Assembly: GCA_937625935.1 (NCBI GenBank)
Contig: OW569346.1
Span: 434,001 to 498,000 of the forward strand
Length of the DNA stretch: 64,000 nt
Direction of reading: 5' to 3'
From: Tetramitus jugosus
Lineage: Eukaryota; Protista; Heterolobosea
Part shown: positions 20,963 through 31,104 of the stretch, in pieces
Layout of the letters: each line of letters opens with the position of its first letter
How positions within the stretch are numbered: the first letter of the stretch is position 1
The notes under the pieces: model-generated
The model's input: only the letters and a program-made list of their open reading frames with translations
Databases searched by the model: none
What the model was told of the DNA's origin: nothing
Position numbers and translations under genes: made by a program

Positions 20963-22819
20963 TTATGAGGGTAGTAGAGAGTCCAGTTCAGGAATTGGCA
21001 TTTGAACAACGGCAGTGATCAGAGGAATTGAACTGGATTCACTGCACACGAATACCTTCACGATATCTGCCACTGGCTGCGGTGCCTCACCTGTTAGGGA
21101 GTCGCTCATATTTCCCAATAGAGACACCTCTCCTTGATATTCATACTGTATTCCAGGCAAGAGAGATGGAATATTGAGCTTGTTCGTCTTCATGTCGTAT
21201 ATCGCTTGATTGTACGAGAATAATAAGGCGATATTGCTCATGGGTTTGGCACCAGTGTTCTGTATGCTGAGTTTGATTTTAAAGTCCGGGCCTAAACCTT
21301 GAACATTTGCAGTCAGCCGAATACTTGCACCACTTGTGTATGACAATGGACCTTGCCCGTCAGTTAGAATCTTCACAAAAGCTCTAGCTGTTGTTAACCT
21401 CAGTTTACAAAGTTCTTTCTGGAATACTCGATGCATCTCAGTGCTGTACTTTTTCTCTCTCTCTGTTTGATCCATATAGAGCGCTGTCCTTACAGGTAGA
21501 TTGAGTGGAACTTCTTGTTCTACAGAAGGTCCCTTGTTAGATGGTTCAAGTTTTGCCATCCGAGATAAAATCTTAAACTCTGTTCCTCCATTTCGATAAG
21601 AGAGAGCTAAACAGTTCGCCTCACTGCCATATGTTCCAAAACACATTCCCGCCACAATGTCATTCGTTTCAATTACATTTACCAAGCTCTTACCGTTGTA
21701 GATTCGCAACTCTCGATTTTCGAGGGCAACCAAAAGACATTTCACACTTCGTGAAGATATCATGTCTATCACTCCCATGCTTTTAATCGCACAAGGAACA
21801 TAGATACTATATTGTTTTCTACCTCGGCTCGAAAAACAATTGATAACATTATTAATCAGTCCAATCACGATATTCTTATCCAAGCGTTGCAAGCCACAAG
21901 CATGTGTGTCGAGTTCAATTACTACTCCACTAACTTTCTTGTTCTTGATTGTATACACGTTATTGTCTCTGCATACAACAATTATCCGAGAGTCAATATC
22001 TAGGGATCCTCCAGATACAAGATACACCGGTACGGATGGCAGTGTGATTGTATCTGTTATTTTAACACCATTCTGATCGAGGATTAGGACCTTTCTTGAT
22101 TCCGTGCCTACAATCAAACATCCTATAGAATCTAATTCATCTTTATCCTTCGATATCACAGTCATACAGGTTATTACTGTCTGTTGAAATAGTGGAAAAG
22201 ACTTTCGAATCGATATGTACATCTGAATTTCATTTGGATCATTCATGCTTAGCACTTCATAGCTTCTATTGCTCAAAGGAACACCCATGTCTCTCAGTCG
22301 AAGCAATTCTTCAAATGTGGTTTTTGCATCATACTTGTCCATTTTCAAATTCTCCCAAATTGCTCTCTCACTGTCACCAATCTCAATGTTTGGAACCGTA
22401 AACTTGTGATGAGGTTGTAAGTTTCTGTACAGGAACACATGACATCCACTAGCTACTGCAATAATAGGCCTCCTAGGAGCTTTGTAGTCTGAGTAATAGG
22501 ACACCACAGCTACTGGTTCTTCCAACAAAATGTTCTCACTAATGATAGAAGTTCCTTTAAACACTTTCATTTTATGACTAGACACGGATGTTCGATTCCT
22601 GAGCAATGGGTTATTGCCAGAACTCAGCAACACTAACTTCGAGTCACCATCTCCATTGATATCAGAGAACGTCATACTTCCTGGGAGTGCACACACATTG
22701 GCCAAAGGATCATACCACGCATTTATCCACACCTTGTTCTTCTCTTCGTCTTGAGAAGCACTAGAATTACTGTGGGACAGTGTGGTGTTGTCTGACTTCT
22801 TTCTTATGAGTAAGCTCAT
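20963..22819 (-). CDS. BBS1: Bardet-Biedl syndrome 1 protein (BBSome subunit)
   Basis: WINAWYDPLA..SDINGDGDSKL, CLIVGTE, MHRVFQKELCKLRLTTARAFVK and VQGLGPDFKI. Confidence 0.95.
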   Translation of the reverse strand: MSLLIRKKSDNTTLSHSNSSASQDEEKNKVWINAWYDPLANVCALPGSMTFSDINGDGDSKLVLLSSGNNPLLRNRTSVSSHKMKVFKGTSIISENILLEEPVAVVSYYSDYKAPRRPIIAVASGCHVFLYRNLQPHHKFTVPNIEIGDSERAIWENLKMDKYDAKTTFEELLRLRDMGVPLSNRSYEVLSMNDPNEIQMYISIRKSFPLFQQTVITCMTVISKDKDELDSIGCLIVGTESRKVLILDQNGVKITDTITLPSVPVYLVSGGSLDIDSRIIVVCRDNNVYTIKNKKVSGVVIELDTHACGLQRLDKNIVIGLINNVINCFSSRGRKQYSIYVPCAIKSMGVIDMISSRSVKCLLVALENRELRIYNGKSLVNVIETNDIVAGMCFGTYGSEANCLALSYRNGGTEFKILSRMAKLEPSNKGPSVEQEVPLNLPVRTALYMDQTEREKKYSTEMHRVFQKELCKLRLTTARAFVKILTDGQGPLSYTSGASIRLTANVQGLGPDFKIKLSIQNTGAKPMSNIALLFSYNQAIYDMKTNKLNIPSLLPGIQYEYQGEVSLLGNMSDSLTGEAPQPVADIVKVFVCSESSSIPLITAVVQMPIPELDSLLPS

Positions 22820-22946
22820 GGAGTGTTGATTCTGATGGTCATAGAAGAAAATATTATCGTCGTCACAGTAGTTGCAATTCTGGCGCGCAAATCAAGTTCA
22901 TGCCAGCGGGCGAAAACAAGTTCATAATTTATTTGGTTGATCGAAT

Positions 22947-25589
22947 TCAAAAGTTCAGGTAGTCACCTGTGAAGTCAAGATCTGGAAGGGGACTGTTGGA
23001 ACTGAAGGGGTCTGCATAATCTGATCCTATGCCCGTAGATGATCCATTCATCCGACTGCTTGTGGGCGTAATTAAATTGTCAGAGCTGACAAATCCTATG
23101 TGATCCAGCACATCTAAATCTACGCCGTCCATATCGTCCAAACTATTCGCGTTTGCATTAGATTCCATATTCGTAGTATCATTACCTGCCTTGAACAGAT
23201 CTCCCTCAGATACAAAGTATTGATTCATCCGCTCTTTTTCGCGCTGCTTTTCTTGTTCTTGTTCTAACCGCTTCTTCTCAACCTTCCATTCGCTCTGTTC
23301 AGCTCTAAAGGACCTTATATCAAACCATAATTCTTCTTCTGTTGTCATCTCTCTCGTATCATTCATAAGCTCGCGTCGTAAATAGGATTCAGCAACTGTC
23401 CGTGATTGTAAAAATTTGTTCGCCACATTGTCAATCTTTTCATCCCACTTGGCATCATTTTTTAGAGGTTGATCGAGAAATCGGAAGCAGGATAAGCGAG
23501 ACAAAATATCCTTCTTGTTCCTGAAAGGATGAGTATAATCAGCAGAGAATGCCTTCTGTTTTTCTTGCATAATAAGCATACTTTGCTGCTCGGGCGTGAG
23601 TGAAGTATGTCTATGTTGTTGCTGCTGTTGTGGCTGTATCTTTACACCTTGAGGATGAGGAATATTTGACTGTTGTGTGTTACCGCTACTGCTGCCAACG
23701 TTGGCGTTACTAGATCCTGGTTGCATGTGCTGTGCTGGCATATGTGACACAGCAGAGGATTGAAGTTGCGCTTGAGTTGGCTGAATGAGCGATGGTGGTT
23801 GGTGCATATGTAGTTGTGGTTGAGATGAAATTTGTGACTGGGCAATCTGTTGTGGTTGTGGTTGCAGCATAGATGGATGTTGAGATGATTGTTGTGGCGG
23901 TATTTGTTGCATAGAACCTGATGATTGTTGAGGAGTAGGCATACGAACAGGTGTTGACATGCGACTTCCTGGTAGATGCATTACATTTCCATTTGCATCA
24001 ACAGTCATACCACCACCCACAGCACCCATATTGCCAGCACCATTGGCAACTGCTTGCATCATCATTGGATTGTTCATGAATGGTTGTTGAGGTTGATTCA
24101 TAGCCATCATTGGCATACCACCGCCAGCACCAAAATAAGGTTGTGATGATGCCTGATGTTGTTGTTGTTGCTGCGCAGCTTGAAGTTGCTGGAATGCAGC
24201 GGCACTGAGACCTATAGGCCCATTGTTGCCCATCATCATTGGCACCTGAGAGAGTGTCATTGGATTGACGGATGATGGTCCATTGGGAACACTAGCAACA
24301 CCTGCAGGATTTACAAACATTCCACCTGGTATACCAATCTGTGGTTGTTGCTGCTGTTGTTGTTGTTGTTGTTGTTGTTGTTTGAACATGAGAAGACTGG
24401 ATTGAAGTGCTGCGTTTGGTTGTGTCATGCCCATCATGAGATTTGGATTATTCATCATTGTGTTGGCTGCTGTCGTATTCATCATGTTGGTTGGAGTAGG
24501 TGTGGTGCGAGTGCCGTTGGCAGGAGAGGGAGACATGATGGAAGGTGTGCTACTCGTGCTGTTGGATACAGTATTGATACCCGCTTGTGCTCCAATGACA
24601 CTACCATTTCCAACAACGACACCACTGCTGTTCTGAGCATTTGCTGTTGGCGTTGGTGTTGAACTCGAGTATGGTTGTTGTTGTTGTTGTTGTTGTACAT
24701 AGGTACCAGTTGATCCATCTTGATTCGATGTGAGTGACGGTGTAGGTGTGTTCGTTAATGTTGTTGGATTGACACCCGATGCATTAATCAACTGTTGTTG
24801 CTGCATAGCGAGTCGTCTCTGGTGAATGAGCATTGCATTCGTATTATTGGTATTATAACTTAAATAGGGAGTAGTGTTGTTGTTGATCATTTGAGGAGTC
24901 ATGTTTGGGTTGTTGGTGGCAGTAGCAGGTGTAGTAGTGTTACTAGGAGTATTCGTTCTTGATGATGACGACGACGATGGTGGAGGAGGGGTTGCACTTG
25001 GAGTATTGGGAGCGTTGTTGGTCGTTGCGGAAGGAGTCGGTGTTCCAGAGGTTGGATTATTAGTGTTCATCATGATGGATGATTGAGGTGATGGACTCGT
25101 GATCGATGGATGCATCATATTACCTGCTATTCCATTTCCACCACTAGCCAACATTTGTTGTTGAGCATTGATAAACATTTGTTGTTGAGGCGTTAACCGT
25201 GCTACATTTGCATTGGGTGTGCCTGTTCTTTGTTGTTGAAAGGACAGATTGGCTTGAGTAGCACCAGCACCACCACCACCACCACTCATGATATTCAATT
25301 GTTGTTGATGATGCTGTTGCTGTTGTAATTGTTGTTGCAAAGCGACAAACTGTTGTTGTTGTAGGGCTTGAATGTATTGTTGCTGCTGATGACTCTGTAG
25401 TTGTTGTTGTTGTTGTTGATAGGCTGCTGGATTGTACTCCATGAACTGCATGGGATTCATACCCATTGGTTGTTGATGTTGTTGTTGTGGTGATGGTGTC
25501 ATGGTGTTGATTTGTGAGGTGTTATTGTCCTGTTGTTGTTGTTGTTGTTGTTGTGCTCGCATGAGCTGCAGTTTGACTTGATCATTCAT
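22947..25589 (-). CDS. Q/N/M-rich protein with a C-terminal GLTSCR1 (BICRA-like) domain
   Basis: Low-complexity body followed by QKAFSADYTHPFRNKKDILSRL, which resembles the GLTSCR1 motif PDYxTPFxSxxDAxxRL. Confidence 0.65.
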   Translation of the reverse strand: MNDQVKLQLMRAQQQQQQQQDNNTSQINTMTPSPQQQHQQPMGMNPMQFMEYNPAAYQQQQQQLQSHQQQQYIQALQQQQFVALQQQLQQQQHHQQQLNIMSGGGGGAGATQANLSFQQQRTGTPNANVARLTPQQQMFINAQQQMLASGGNGIAGNMMHPSITSPSPQSSIMMNTNNPTSGTPTPSATTNNAPNTPSATPPPPSSSSSSRTNTPSNTTTPATATNNPNMTPQMINNNTTPYLSYNTNNTNAMLIHQRRLAMQQQQLINASGVNPTTLTNTPTPSLTSNQDGSTGTYVQQQQQQQPYSSSTPTPTANAQNSSGVVVGNGSVIGAQAGINTVSNSTSSTPSIMSPSPANGTRTTPTPTNMMNTTAANTMMNNPNLMMGMTQPNAALQSSLLMFKQQQQQQQQQQQQPQIGIPGGMFVNPAGVASVPNGPSSVNPMTLSQVPMMMGNNGPIGLSAAAFQQLQAAQQQQQHQASSQPYFGAGGGMPMMAMNQPQQPFMNNPMMMQAVANGAGNMGAVGGGMTVDANGNVMHLPGSRMSTPVRMPTPQQSSGSMQQIPPQQSSQHPSMLQPQPQQIAQSQISSQPQLHMHQPPSLIQPTQAQLQSSAVSHMPAQHMQPGSSNANVGSSSGNTQQSNIPHPQGVKIQPQQQQQHRHTSLTPEQQSMLIMQEKQKAFSADYTHPFRNKKDILSRLSCFRFLDQPLKNDAKWDEKIDNVANKFLQSRTVAESYLRRELMNDTREMTTEEELWFDIRSFRAEQSEWKVEKKRLEQEQEKQREKERMNQYFVSEGDLFKAGNDTTNMESNANANSLDDMDGVDLDVLDHIGFVSSDNLITPTSSRMNGSSTGIGSDYADPFSSNSPLPDLDFTGDYLNF
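24344..24380. repeat. (TGY)n trinucleotide tract encoding polyQ; representative of many coding microsatellites in the window
   Basis: tgttgctgctgttgttgttgt... seen directly. Confidence 0.9.
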
Positions 25590-26616
25590 TTTTTATATTT
25601 CTTATATTTCTCAACGGTGTGTGTTCACGGAAAAAAAAAATTGAAAAAGTACTTCTTCAATTGATTGATTGTTGTTTGGTGTGGTTGATGGTCTTCTTCT
25701 TCTTCTTGAGAATCAATGAATGAATTTGTTCGAGCAAAGAGATATATGATGATGACTGATGAGATATTGAACGAGTGTGATAGAGAGAGGCAACCAAAAA
25801 TGATGATTTTCCCTCGCTAAGGTGAACAAAATTGAAAGGCAGTGACTTTTTGTCTTTTTTGTGTGAGAGCAAAAAGATGGTGTGTAAATGGGGGAGAGAT
25901 AGAGAGTGGTTGCTCGCGTTTTTGACAACGTCGTTTGAGTTGTTCGTTGTGTGTTGACGTTGTTGATTTTTGTGGATTTTGTGTTCTTTTTCTGTGATAC
26001 AGAAACTTTGCCTTGGCCGTTTTTTCATCATCGCCAAACTGGTGGCACTAACGTTCATTGGTGTGTTAGCACCAAGAAACAACACTTGATACCATCTCAC
26101 TGAGAAGGTTCTCTAGATTTGTAGTGAGATCCGATGGATGACCTTGACTGATCAGTTCGGTCCCTGTCATATATCTTTTTTCGAAACTGAATGCAGCCAT
26201 TTACCATTGTGGCTCTTGGATTCTTTTCCTTTCGGATGGAGCTCTTCCACTTTTATAGAACGGATGACGAGGAAGCTGCTGACTCGCGTTTCACCAAGCA
26301 CCACTTGCCCGATTAGAATGGAGTGAGGGCGTTTAGGGAATTGTTGATCAATGGACCGACAAATAATCGGTCAACCGTGTCGGGCTCCGACGCGGGGCCC
26401 ATTTGAATCTTTCAACAGGACACTGCTCTCGATCGTGTTCCAACAACAAGGTTTCCAACATCTGCCTTGAGGTGCAAGTTAGCTTGCTCTAATTATTGGA
26501 GCACAAGAGTTCGTCGGTTGGTGTTTTTTTGTTCTTGTCGCCGCTTGTTGTTTGGCATCTTGTTTTCACAACACAAGCACTCACCACAAGATATAGGTTT
26601 GTTTTCCGTTGGTGTG

Positions 26617-27729
26617 ATGTCGAATCAACCCAAAAATGGCACCATTTCTTCAGAAGATGGATTAGCGAGAGAGGTTGAACCGAAACAGGACTTCTACGCA
26701 TCACAGATGATTCCTCATGCACAAGAGAAAGTCATTCCAGTTGGTACGTTGTACAAGACTGACCATGCTCGACCAAATATTCTGAGCTATCGTTGGTTTT
26801 CTGTCGCTATCTTGTTAGTTGCAATTTTCCTTGCATTTTGTTATGCAGGAACAAACATGGCTATTGTAACCTCCGGAAAATGCATAACTGACTATCAAGG
26901 ACATCGAGGTTGCCGTGGTTTAATGCCAGAGAACTCTATTCCTGCGTTCTTAAAGGCTATGGATCTCTCTGTAGATACATTAGAGCTCGATTGTGTAATT
27001 TCAAAAGACAGAAAGGTTGTTGTTTCACACGATCCATACTTGAATCACAATATATGCTATGGTCCATTGGGTGAAATCATTGCAAACGAATCATTGGCCA
27101 AGGAAAAGTACAATATTTACAACATGAACTATCACTCTGAGATTGAGAAGTGTGACTGCGGGAGTTTAGGCAATCCCAGGTTCCCTGATCAAATGAAAAT
27201 GAAGGTTCACAAACCATTGTTGAGCCAGGTGTTTGACCAAGTGGAACAGTACATCAAGGATAAAGGAATGAAGCAAGTATGGTACAATATAGAAACAAAG
27301 AGCAAAATTGAGGGAGACAATTTGTTTCATCCAGCTCCTGAGCAGTTTGTTTCTCTGCTGTACCAAGTGCTCCAAGAAAAGAATATAACACATAGGGTCA
27401 TGATCCAATCTTTCGATGTTCGAACATTGCAGGTTATGCGTACATTAGATCCTAACATACCCTTGGCATTGTTGGTTGAACATGAAAGCAATGAACCATT
27501 TGATTTTCAGGTTGTATTGGGTCAGCTTGGATTTTTGCCACACATCTATTCACCACACTTTTCTCTTGTCACAGAGGACATGTTGTCATTCATGCGTGAC
27601 AATAAGATTAAAGTAATACCTTGGACGCCTAATACGAAGAGCGATATCGACAAGGTTGTAGCCATGGGAGTGGATGGAATTATTACAGATTATCCAAATA
27701 TTGTCACAAATCGTTGCAAAAGAGCTTAA
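26617..27729 (+). CDS. Glycerophosphodiester phosphodiesterase with an N-terminal TM anchor
   Basis: QGHRGCRGLMPENSIPAF, LELDCVISKD..VVSHD, NIETK, IQSFD, PWT and GVDGIITDYP. Confidence 0.93.
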   Translation: MSNQPKNGTISSEDGLAREVEPKQDFYASQMIPHAQEKVIPVGTLYKTDHARPNILSYRWFSVAILLVAIFLAFCYAGTNMAIVTSGKCITDYQGHRGCRGLMPENSIPAFLKAMDLSVDTLELDCVISKDRKVVVSHDPYLNHNICYGPLGEIIANESLAKEKYNIYNMNYHSEIEKCDCGSLGNPRFPDQMKMKVHKPLLSQVFDQVEQYIKDKGMKQVWYNIETKSKIEGDNLFHPAPEQFVSLLYQVLQEKNITHRVMIQSFDVRTLQVMRTLDPNIPLALLVEHESNEPFDFQVVLGQLGFLPHIYSPHFSLVTEDMLSFMRDNKIKVIPWTPNTKSDIDKVVAMGVDGIITDYPNIVTNRCKRA

Positions 27730-27807
27730 TGTGTGTTCATTTGGGATTCATTAACTGAACATAAATAAGTTGAAGTTGCATAAACTAAGCAAAATAAATT
27801 AGATCAT

Positions 27808-29271
27808 TCATTGTGGTAACATGTATTGACGCATCTTATTCAAAAATACGCCAGCTTTTGCATGACCATTCACTTGAGCTAAGTTGAGATACCTGATAGC
27901 TTCCTGTAGCAGAGAGCTCTCTTCCTCCATTTTGTAATGTTGTATCAAGAACTCGGCGTACTCGAATTGGGCTTGAGAGTGATTAAGAAGAGCTGCAGCC
28001 TTTAGGTAATCGAGTCCCATGCCAAAGTACTGAGATCTTCTTGATTTATCCTTCTCTTTGTTTCTTATCATCCAACCCTCACACATCAGCTCTGTCGCTC
28101 GATTGTAAAGTAAATCAGACAAATCTTGGCACTTTTCCATCCTCTGCTTGAATCGTTTCAGATTTTCAATCTTCTTATGTAGCTCTTCAATCTCCTTTGA
28201 CTGCTTCTGGCAGAATTGTTTCAGTTGGGAGTTTAATCGCTCATTATCCATATCTGGAAACGTTAACTTCTTTGCCTTATTGACAGGAGTAGCAACATAA
28301 TCCATCGAAACATCCTCCAGTGATAAAAGTGAAGATTTGTCAAGCTCTGCTGATGCATTTATCAGAGATGAGGGAGTTGAAACTTGGAGAGAGTCTTCTG
28401 ACTGACGCGATTCGTTTCTTTGGATAGATTCTCGTTTGTTTGGTGTATGCACACTCTTGTTTCTTGAATCTCTTTGGCGACCTCTGTTTGGGTCTACCTT
28501 GAGAGAATTGGTACGGAGGTCCTTCTCCAAACACCTCTCTTTTTCATTTTGAGGTTGAATATTTGGGGGTGATCCAAAAACACTATTCTCCAAGTAATAT
28601 TCAAAATTAGGGAATGCTAACTGTAAATCTGCTAAGAAATTTGACCTGGTAGACGATTCACCCGACCAACGATTCTTCAAATCCTCTATTCTACTAACAT
28701 CAGATTCTGTCAATGTTGCTCTGGTCATTTGAGGATGCGTGGATGTGGTACCTATTGCATGGGGGGTTGATTGTGATCTCGAATGGACATGCATATTCTG
28801 CACCTGAGGTAACAATCTCCGAGGGCTCTGACTACTTGTAGCAATTTTGTGATTATTGTTGACAATCGCGGTTGGAGAATGAAGATCTATTGGACCTTTT
28901 GAAGGATTTCGAATTACATCAACTATCTGTTCGCTATTATTATTTACAACTTGGCTGACTCCACTCCGATCAGCATTGGGCAAGGTGAACGCAGTAAGTT
29001 CAAGCTTTTTGTCAATGTTGAGGGAGCGAATGGGTGTGCGAGGTATGGGCTTCCGCGGAGAGCGAGCAGGAGTACCTATTGACATATGATGCACCGATTG
29101 CAAAGATTTTGGAGTGGATACATTTTCTCTTAGACTAGCAACTAGAGAATCACCCCTTGCTGGCGTGGATTCTGTAGCTGTCCTCTTAGATGTTGTGTGC
29201 TTCTGTTGCTGAGAGCTAGCCTTGTTCTTTCGAGAGGAGTGGGTATGTGTAAGCGATTTGAACAGTTTCAT
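27808..29271 (-). CDS. Uncharacterised protein: disordered N-terminus, coiled coil, C-terminal Sel1-like repeats
   Basis: YLKAAALLNHSQAQFEYA and AIRYLNLAQVNGHAKA. Confidence 0.65.
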   Translation of the reverse strand: MKLFKSLTHTHSSRKNKASSQQQKHTTSKRTATESTPARGDSLVASLRENVSTPKSLQSVHHMSIGTPARSPRKPIPRTPIRSLNIDKKLELTAFTLPNADRSGVSQVVNNNSEQIVDVIRNPSKGPIDLHSPTAIVNNNHKIATSSQSPRRLLPQVQNMHVHSRSQSTPHAIGTTSTHPQMTRATLTESDVSRIEDLKNRWSGESSTRSNFLADLQLAFPNFEYYLENSVFGSPPNIQPQNEKERCLEKDLRTNSLKVDPNRGRQRDSRNKSVHTPNKRESIQRNESRQSEDSLQVSTPSSLINASAELDKSSLLSLEDVSMDYVATPVNKAKKLTFPDMDNERLNSQLKQFCQKQSKEIEELHKKIENLKRFKQRMEKCQDLSDLLYNRATELMCEGWMIRNKEKDKSRRSQYFGMGLDYLKAAALLNHSQAQFEYAEFLIQHYKMEEESSLLQEAIRYLNLAQVNGHAKAGVFLNKMRQYMLPQ

Positions 29272-29562
29272 TTGTTTTGTTAGCCAATCGGAATGGTTTC
29301 GAGCTGAAATACTTCAAATCTAGTAGCTCAAGTTTTGCACGCTGAGAGATGTAACGTTTATCCAATGCGATAGGTCAGTTAAAACCCCGAAATATTTGGC
29401 GATAACGTTCAGAGATTCGTCGTAGTGTCAATAATGTCTGTGTCATTATGTGGAGATCAAAAGAGTTAAGGTTATTAGGAATCATACCTGTTTGTTTATT
29501 AGACAGACAAATTGGTTCATCATGATACACATGCCATATCAGATAACAACAACATTACACTC

Positions 29563-30810
29563 TTAGTAGCGATTTCCTCCGCCACTGCGTCCTCCACCGT
29601 GGTAGTCCTGCCCTCGATCGCCATGAGAGCTTCGATTACCACCGTAAGGCTGTCTGCCACCATGATAACCACCATCTCTATCACGATCATAATCTCTGCC
29701 TCCTCCGCTTCGATTGTTGCTATGATATGGATGACTTTGATCTCTGTTGTATCTGTCTCTACCGCCTCTGTGGTGTCCACGGTATCCACCGGATTCACCT
29801 CCACGCGAATCATAGTGATCCCTTGGTCCATCACCAGTATCTCTTCTGCCTCCATATCCAGTGTTTGAGGAAGGATGATAGTGATCTCCATTGTTTTGAT
29901 CTAACGTGTCTCCATTGGTCATATTCGTGCTACTAGTATTGCTTGTTGTTGTTGCTGGAGGGGAACTCGTAGGATTATGATGATAGTGGCTGCGCCCATA
30001 ACCATGCGAGCGCTCATCAGCATACCGCTTTCTTCTATACTCAAAATCCTTTTCATAGTAATCTTCGTCTTCTTCTCTTCCGTGTGTGCTACCACGCGCA
30101 CGATTCGTATCTCTTTGTCTTCTGTCTTCAAATGACCGATTCTCTCTCAGTTCCTTTAGCTTGTCTCTAATTTTTTGAAAGCCCAAATGCATTTTTCCTG
30201 CAAAATGATCCGCCAACCTCTGATCGCTCTCATTTGCACTCAATAAGGCAGCACAGATCTCACACACAACAAGTTGTTGCTCCTTTGCGGTGGGAAGCTT
30301 TGACTCTAGTGATTCCTTCTCCTTTGTTAGCGTTTGGAGTTGTTCCATGAGTTCATTTGCCTTCTCAAACTCCTGTGCATTGGTCAATTCTTCAATCTCT
30401 CGTGACATGGCTTCCACTCGTTCTCTCACAGTCTTCAGCTCTTCTGGTTCGTTGGTTACACTGTTCTTTTGTTGAATTTCTAATCGTCTTTGATGTCTCG
30501 ATATTCTGTCATCGCACTCTCTCTGTAATCGATCCAAAATCTGTTCCAGTTCTCTCTCATATCCAAAATCTGTTCTTCTGCGCTCGACATTGTACTTTGT
30601 TTTAAAATCGTCGGGAGCAGGACAAATCTCGTAGGGACACTTGCCCAAATCTTGCTTGGTATTCGGAAACAGTTTGTATGGACACAATCCACACAAATCA
30701 AATTTGCATACACGACTGTCGGAGAATTCTTTGACAATGAGATTGGAGCGATCACCGTTTCGGTTCACACCCATGAGTTCGTCTAGTTGTTTGGCCAGAA
30801 TGTGTGTCAT
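29563..30810 (-). CDS. LUC7: U1 snRNP-associated Luc7-family protein
   Basis: LDELMG, VCKFDLCGLCPYKLFPNTKQDLGKC, VCEICAALL..RLADHFAGKMHLG and an RG/RD-rich tail. Confidence 0.95.
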   Translation of the reverse strand: MTHILAKQLDELMGVNRNGDRSNLIVKEFSDSRVCKFDLCGLCPYKLFPNTKQDLGKCPYEICPAPDDFKTKYNVERRRTDFGYERELEQILDRLQRECDDRISRHQRRLEIQQKNSVTNEPEELKTVRERVEAMSREIEELTNAQEFEKANELMEQLQTLTKEKESLESKLPTAKEQQLVVCEICAALLSANESDQRLADHFAGKMHLGFQKIRDKLKELRENRSFEDRRQRDTNRARGSTHGREEDEDYYEKDFEYRRKRYADERSHGYGRSHYHHNPTSSPPATTTSNTSSTNMTNGDTLDQNNGDHYHPSSNTGYGGRRDTGDGPRDHYDSRGGESGGYRGHHRGGRDRYNRDQSHPYHSNNRSGGGRDYDRDRDGGYHGGRQPYGGNRSSHGDRGQDYHGGGRSGGGNRY

Positions 30811-31104
30811 GGTGATGTGCAGCTGGTTGCTATCGTTGTTGTTGTACAGTTCTGATTTCGATTTTGTTGTTTTTGTGTTCAACCAATTCACGAATGCTTT
30901 CTTTTTTTACGTCTTTGGCGCCGTTTTGTTAATAATTTTCCGAATCTCGCAATGAACCAACACTATTTGGTTGAACCTATGATGAAAAATGTTGAAGCAG
31001 AGCGAAATTGCCACCAACATCATGCGGAGTCGCTGAAAATCCATTTCACAAAGAATTCACACCAACAACCAACAACAACAACACCAACAACAACAAAAAC
31101 CAAA

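Noticed and set aside
25657-26460. Short ORFs between the GLTSCR1-like and GDPD genes
   Set aside because: No motifs; this looks like 5' UTR and divergent promoter sequence.
30913-30920. E2F-like TTTGGCGC between LUC7 and NOP2 (also TTTCCCGC on the reverse strand near 39079)
   Set aside because: Isolated 8-mers that cannot be told from chance.
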